Shown here piece after piece: positions 56,923 to 64,000 of a stretch of DNA of 64,000 nucleotides (within the stretch, counting starts at the first letter, position 1; every line of letters starts with the position of its first letter). This DNA is from Patellaria atrata CBS 101060. Its lineage: Eukaryota. Location: NCBI GenBank assembly GCA_010093705.1, contig MU006108.1, forward strand, positions 248,099 to 312,098, given 5' to 3'. The position numbers were made by a program, and so were the translations under genes. Below the pieces are notes generated by a model. The model worked only from the letters and a program-made list of their open reading frames with translations, did no database searches and was not told the DNA's origin.

Positions 56923-59900
56923 TTATTATAATAAAAATCTATATTTATTAAGATAAAATTAAATAAATCTAAAAATATATTTAACTTTTCACTTAATATA
57001 GTTAACTATAAAGATATATTTAATAAAATAATAAAATATATATAATAAAGATATTTTAAGTTATTAATATAATTTATTAACTTCTTAACTTCGAATAATA
57101 TTTATAATAAAATAAGATATATTATATAAAAATAATATAATAAGTAAAATTAAGTTTAAAACTATAATATTTAAATTTATAAATAAAATTAATAATAAGA
57201 ATAACTATAAAAAATCTAAATATATAAAAGAAAAACTATTTTTAAATATTTCTATTCTTTATAATTAATTTAATTATCTATATTTTAATTATTCTAATCG
57301 CTTAATTATTTAATTATTTCTTTCACGATTAAGATATTTATATATCTAAATATTTAAATTATATAATACTCTTTAATTATTTTAATTATTTAATTATTTA
57401 ATTATTTCTCTTATAATTAAAATATTTATATATCTAAATATTTAAGTTTTATAATTTATTATTATTTATTTTATTTATAATTCTTTTAAATAATCTTTCT
57501 TTTTTCTCTTTATTTATTATTTATATATTTTTATAACTTATAATTATAATACTATTCTCTCTTTTTTTAACTTTTATCTTAAAAGTTTATTTCTTTTATT
57601 TAAATATATAATAAATATATTATCTATTTATTAAATTATATATATCTCTTTTTTCTTTTTTTTAAGATATTAAAAGTTAAACTTTATTTAATTTATTATC
57701 GATATTATATTATCTATATTACTTTATATAATTATTTTATATTAACTTTTTATTTTATTTATTATTATTCTTTTTATTTTTATATTATTAATATTTCTTT
57801 TAGTTTCTATTTTAAATATCTTATTTATAGTTTAAAATATAATCTTATAATAATATAAAAGAATTAAGATTAACTTAATACTTTAAAAATAAAGCTTTAT
57901 TTTAAGTTTAATATTATTAAAAAGATTAAAAAGAAAATTATTTATTTTTATAAAAAAATAGTTTTAAAGATAATATATCTTTAATAAAAAATAATTTATA
58001 TTTAATATAAAGCGATTTATATTATTTATATTTATTTTTATCGATTTTATTATAAACTTCTTTTATTTAAATATAAAGAGATAAAAATATTTTATTATAA
58101 ACTTAATTTTATTAAAGAATTTAAAGCTCTAAAATAAGTAATTAAAAAATAATAAACTTTTTTAATTATTTCTTCTTTCTTTACTATTATATCTTTTTCT
58201 AGTTAATTTAATTTAGATTTCTTTATTTTTAAAAGTTTAGAATTTTCTAGTTTTAATAATAAAATTATTTAAATTTTTAATTATAATTTATTAAGTATTT
58301 AAATAATTTTTATATATTATTTATATATTTATAATCTTTCTATTTTATTAAATATTTATATTAATTATCTACTTATTATAAGTTTAAAATTCGTTTTATT
58401 TTATAAATATTTTCTTTCTTAAGTTTTATAAATTATATTTAAAGTTTAATATTAATATATACTAATTCTAGAAATAATATATAAAAAACTAGATATATTT
58501 TTATTTTTTATAATAATTTTAACTTATAATTAACTTTTTTTTTAATTTATTTAATTTTAAAAAGGCTAATTTTCTTATAATTTAATTTCTTATTAGATCG
58601 TTTTATTTTAAGATTTTTCTATAATAAATAAACTTTATTCTCTTTTTTAAAGATTAATTTTAGTAATTTATATTAATTATTATATTTTATAGTCTTTATT
58701 ATCTAGAAAGTTATATTTTATAATAATTATATATATAATTCTTTAATTTATTTAGCTTTTAATATTACTTTTTATAAAATACTTTAAACTATTCTTAGTT
58801 TATAATATACTTTTAATTTAAAACTATAGTTTATATAAAAGAGTAAAATCTTTATAATATCGAATTTCACGTTATTATATACGAATTATATTATTAATAG
58901 TAGTTTTATCTAATTATTTTACTAATAATTTATATAATTATATAAGTATTACTTTAAAAATTAATTTATTCTCTTAGTTTAACTATTTATTTATAAATAG
59001 AAGCTTATTAATAATTTATAATTTATCTTTAAACTTTATACTAAAGTTTATTAAAATATTAATTTAAATAGTTTATCTCTATTTAAAATAATCTCTTTTA
59101 ATATTTAATAATTTATTAGTATTATTTTTATTATTAATACTATTATTTATAGTACTATTATTATCGTCTTTATTAATATAAAGTAGGTAAACTTTATTAA
59201 TTATTTTATAATAATTAATATTATATTATACTTTACTTTTATCGTTAAATCTTTAAATTCTAATAAATTTAAATAAAGTTTATTATTATTAAATTTTATA
59301 CTCACTTTAATAACTTAATATATTATATTTATTTATAAAATATATATTTTACACTTTTATTTTATATATAATTATTATATTTTAAGATAATTTACTTTAT
59401 TATATTTTTTATTTCTAGAAAATAGTAATTTCTTAAAATTCTTTTTAAAATTTTATTAATATTTTAATAATTATATATTAATATTTTATAGATTTTTTTA
59501 GTAAAAGTCTTTTATAATATTATTAATATATATATAAATTTATTATATAATTATTAATATATATATAAATTTATTATATAATTATATTTTTTAAGTTATT
59601 TATATTATTTTAAAATTATTATTCTTTTAAAACTTCTTTATTATATTATTCTTTTAATAAGTATTATAAATTTATTATTCTCTTATAAATTTAATTATTA
59701 ATATTATAGTTAATCTTAATTAATATAAATAATTATATTATTTTCTTTTTTTAATATTATATTATATACTAATTTTATTTCTTTTAAATAGTTAAATCTT
59801 CTATTTATAATATTAACTAATTTATTTTTAACTCTTAATTTATAAAATATTTTAAAATTAAAGAATATAAATATTTTTATCTATTTTATTTATCTTCGAT

Positions 59901-60709
59901 TTAATTTCTTTATTATAAGAAAGTTTATTAGATTTTAATAATTTAATTAAATTTTTATAATATATTTAAATTCTTTAAAATATAATCTCTATTATTTAAA
60001 TATATTAATAATTATTAATAATTCTTTATTATATATATTATAGTTTAACTTTATAATTATAAACTTTTATAAATAAAAGATTATTAAATATAATTATTCT
60101 TTTTTATTTAGCTAATTTATATATATATCTAGTATATAATTAGATATATTAGTTTCTAATATTATTAATTTCTTTAAGTTAAATATAATTAAAATAAATA
60201 TTATAATAAACTTTTTTTTAAATTTATTAAATATTTTTTATACTTTCTTTATTTAATTAAAGATATTTTCCTTCTTTATTAATTTTAATAGCGATATTAT
60301 TATCTTTAAATATTTTTAGATAAACTTTTTATAATAATTTACGAAATTTAAAAATAATTATATATTTTTTATATTTTTTAATATTAGTTAATCTTTAATT
60401 ATAACTATCTTTTTTAAGTTTATTTATATACTTTTAATAATAATAATAAAGTCTAGAAACTTTATTTCTTTAATATAGAATTTATACTTATTTAAATATA
60501 TTAAGAGTTTTTTCTTTTATAATTTTATTAATACTTTCTTTATATATTTTCTATACTCTTTAAATATTTTATTTATATATATTAGTATATTATCTAGATA
60601 AATAGTTATAAATATATTTAAATACTTTTTTAATATATAATTAATTACTACTTAAAATATTACTAAAATATTAATTAAATTAAATAATATTATTATATAT
60701 TTATATAAT

Positions 60710-61319
60710 TATTATAACGGGAGTCTATACTTATTAAGACGAAATTAGATAAGTCTAGAAACACGCCTAGCTTCTCACTTAACGTGATTAACTATAAAGG
60801 TAGATTTAGTAAAGTGATAGAATATATATAATAAAGGCATTTTAAGTTATCGATATAACTCGCTAACTTCTTAACTTTAGGTACCGCTTATAATAAGATA
60901 AGACGTACTATATAGAAATAGTGTAATAAGTGAAGTTAAGTTTAAAACCGTAATATCTAAATCTATAGGTAAGATTAATAATAAGAATAACTACGAAGAA
61001 TCTAAATATATAAGAGAAAGACCGTTCTTAAATATTCCTATCCTTTATAGTTAATTTAAGGTGCTTACGTTCTTTTAGACGTGGTAACCGTTTTAGACGT
61101 AGATCTTCTTCTATATCCTTTATATTCACTACGTCTATAACCTAGATATCCTAAATATAGTGGATATAGATCCTTTTTTACGTTCTTTATATCCCTTATA
61201 TCTATAGTTTCTAGTCACGTGATCCCTTATTACTAGTTTTATCTATAGTTTTTCTAAGTGGTATTTCTACTTTCCCCTTACTTATTATCTATATATTCCT
61301 ATAACTTATAGCTATAATA
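60710..61319. mobile_element. solo LTR (610 bp) of a second retrotransposon family inserted in the Gypsy RT
   Basis: Mutated TG...CA ends (TATTATAAC...CTATAATA) and a 5-bp TSD ATAAT at 60705-60709 and 61320-61324. Removing it rejoins the RT in frame (KFR|LYKY, ancestral RFGLYEY). The first 54 nt match 63947-64000. Confidence 0.88.
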
Positions 61320-63946
61320 ATAATCTAAATTTTATTTTTATAATTATCTTTTATTTTTTATCTTCTTTTATTTTAATTTAATAATAATTATCTTAAATAT
61401 TAAATTTTATAAACTATTTTACTTCTTATAATTTATCTTAAATTTTTAAGATTAAAGATAATAAATATCTATTTTTAATTATAATATTATTTAATTATTT
61501 ATAATTAATATATAATCTTAATTTACTATTTTTCTTTAATATAAATAGAATTAATAAAATTATTAAACTTTTATTAAATTATATATATCTCTTTTTTAAG
61601 TTAATATAAATATATTTTTTTAAATACTTTATATTATTCTTTTATTAATAGATAAATTAGATTAAATTATAATTTTATATCTTTTTTTAATATTATTTTA
61701 TAATCTTATATTTAATAATTTAAAAGTATAATTATTATATTTTCTTTAAATAAATTTTTAAACTTATTATACTTTTTAAATATTTTAAATTTATTAGAAA
61801 CTTTTTCTATATTTACTTTTTTAAGTTATATTACTTTTATACTTTTAAATTTATTTCTATAAATCTTTATTATCTTATAATATAAAATATATTCTATAAA
61901 TATATTAATATTTATCTATATAATATATTTTATTTATTTAACTCTATTTTTTTATAAAATATTTTAATTAATTTAAATACTTTTTATCTTTTAATTAATA
62001 TTTAAATTTATTATTTATAATTAATTTATCTTTAAAATTATATTTATATCTTTTAAATTAGTTATAAAAATATATTAAATAATTACTTTCTCTTATATAT
62101 TAACTTTTATTAATATAATTTTAAAGTTAATTAAACTTTATTTATATTTTATTTCTTTATTATTTTCTAGTCGTAATAGGATTAAATTTTTAAATTTTAT
62201 ATAAAATATATTTTTCTTTTCTATCTATTAAGATAAAATAAATAAATTAATAATATTATTATTAATTAACGCTATTATTTTTTTATTATATATAATAATA
62301 TCTATTTAAAGTATTTTATTATTATTTTATAAAGTTTTAAGAAATTTAAAAATTATATTTCTTAATTATTTCTTTTTTTAAATAACTTAGTAATTTTTTA
62401 TATAATTATATATTAAATAGCCGGGTTCTATATATTTAATCTAATATAGTCTATTATATTTATTATAATATAAATCTTTATAATATTTTTTATATTTAAG
62501 CTTTTAATACTCTCTTTTAATAATTATATTATAATTAAAGTTATTTTTAATTCCTACTTTTTATCTTTATACTATATAATAGTTATATTATATACTTTTT
62601 ATTATATATTATCTAAAATTTTATATATTATATTTAGTAATATATTTAGGTATTTCTTTATTATTTTAAAATACTTTTATCTTTTATAGAAATATTTTTC
62701 TTTTATAGAACTTCTTTTCTAAATCTTTATAATATTAATAATTTATACTATATTTATAATCTTTTTATATTACTATTATATATTTTATATAGATAAATAT
62801 TTAATAATATTATTTATACTTAAGTTTATCTATATAATTAAAACTATTATACTTTTTATAATTATCTATTAAAGATTTAAGTCTTTAATTCTATTTAAAT
62901 ATTTCTATTTTATCTTTATAAATTTTATATCCTTTTATCTAATACTTATTTTTAGATAAATATATATATATAAAATTTTAATCTTTAAATTTTATTATAA
63001 TTTTCTATTATTTATAATATAAATAATTATCCTCTTTATATTATATTTATTAAAAGATTAAATAGTTTTTTACTTTTAATATAAGATTTAACTATTATTT
63101 TTTAATAATTATATTAGTATTAAATTTAAATTCTATTAATTTCTAATCTTAGAACTTTTATTTAAATTATTATTATTATTTTATAATTTAGTATATAAAG
63201 TTTAATTTATTAAATATTTATACTCTAATTCTTTAATTTTAATTTTATACTAGATATTTTAATATTATATATATATATATATTTCTATATATTTAATATT
63301 ATTAATTATTTAAATATTATTAAAGTATCTTCTTTTTTAGTTAATTTCTTATTATTAAAAATAATATTAATAATTTACTTATCTTTATTTAATAAAATAG
63401 CGATATTTCTTTAATCTTTTCCTCTTTTAACGATAAAACTAATAATAGTAGTATTAAATATATAACTTTAAGTTATATATATTAATTATATCGCGAGGAT
63501 AATTATATCTTTTATAGATAGTTTTTTTTAAAATATTTTATTTCTTTATATTATAAATATACTTTATTTATAAAGTATTTCTTTTCTTTTTAAATAAACT
63601 ATTATTATTTTTCCGACTTCTTTTATTTTATCTATTATAGTTAGTTAAGATTTATTAAATCTCTTTAATTTTATTTATTTATAATCTTTATTATCTTCTT
63701 TTTATATTTAATTATAATATTCTTCTATTCTCTCTTTTTTTATCTATATTTATATAATCTATTATTTATTTTAACTATTAAAATTATTATATTCTATATT
63801 ATTATTAATCTTTTATAATAAATCTACTCGTTCTTTATTTCTTCCTTTAAACTTTAATAAAAGACTATTATTAGTAATTTATTAAGTTAATTTAATATTA
63901 ATATTATTTACTAAAATATAATTATATATTTTAAAGTTAATTCTTT

Positions 63947-64000
63947 TGTTACAACGGGAGTCTATACTTATCAAGACGGAACTGGATAAATCTAGAAACG
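63947..64000. mobile_element. start of a second copy of the same LTR, running off the window
   Basis: TGTTACAACGGGAGTC... is 46/54 identical to 60710-60763, and all 8 differences are transitions. Confidence 0.88.

Larger units (their letters stand above)
56508..63946 (-). mobile_element. heavily RIP-mutated Ty3/Gypsy chromovirus-type LTR retrotransposon (minus strand; one LTR end at 56508, other end not seen)
   Basis: TGTAACG LTR terminus at 56508. Minus-strand translation matches Gypsy pol if only C-T and G-A changes are reversed. RT: LFILKKNSKLRLYINYK*LN (about 61550-61490), LYKYIIILFNLINILVIF*...YLDNILIY (60709-60577), KYKFYIKEIKFLDFII. Integrase GPY/F: FKKENKVYLL*KNLKIKRSNKKLNYKKISLFKI (about 58650-58553). 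Chromodomain-like: KRILN...KYLIK*KDY (about 58395-58330). Confidence 0.9.

Noticed and set aside
56620..64000. AT-rich block as mitochondrial insertion or simple low-complexity DNA
   Set aside because: Minus-strand translation retains ordered RT, integrase and chromodomain motifs altered by transitions, which identifies mutated retrotransposon sequence.

Overview
Eukaryotic DNA from a filamentous ascomycete (Pezizomycotina; possibly a Dothideomycete, which is inference only). It has short GT-AG introns with CTRAY branch points and three assembly gaps. Positions 1-54.7 kb are a gene-dense, GC-balanced compartment. It holds an AT-hook protein fragment, JAC1, YOS9, a sulfate permease, RAD17, a GT61 glycosyltransferase, a Zn/NADP alcohol dehydrogenase, a PI-phospholipase C, a small spliced cupin absent from the ORF track, a coiled-coil protein, SLA1, GLY1, ELMO/CED-12, a REG1-like protein, a small Cys/His protein, a small secreted protein, ATP1 and MPO1/DUF962. 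From about 54.7 kb to the end is an extremely AT-rich block consistent with repeat-induced point mutation (RIP). It resolves into nested layers: an old AT-rich relic, a Fot1/pogo transposon inserted at TA, a minus-strand chromodomain Ty3/Gypsy element inserted in the transposase, a 610-bp solo LTR with a 5-bp TSD splitting the Gypsy RT, and a second copy of that LTR at the window edge. The most interesting unexplained signals are a 340-nt structured last intron in the PLC gene (candidate intronic ncRNA), repeated sharp C-rich to G-rich strand-skew switches that cut through coding exons, and a candidate mitochondrial presequence upstream of GLY1. No novel system can be claimed from sequence alone.
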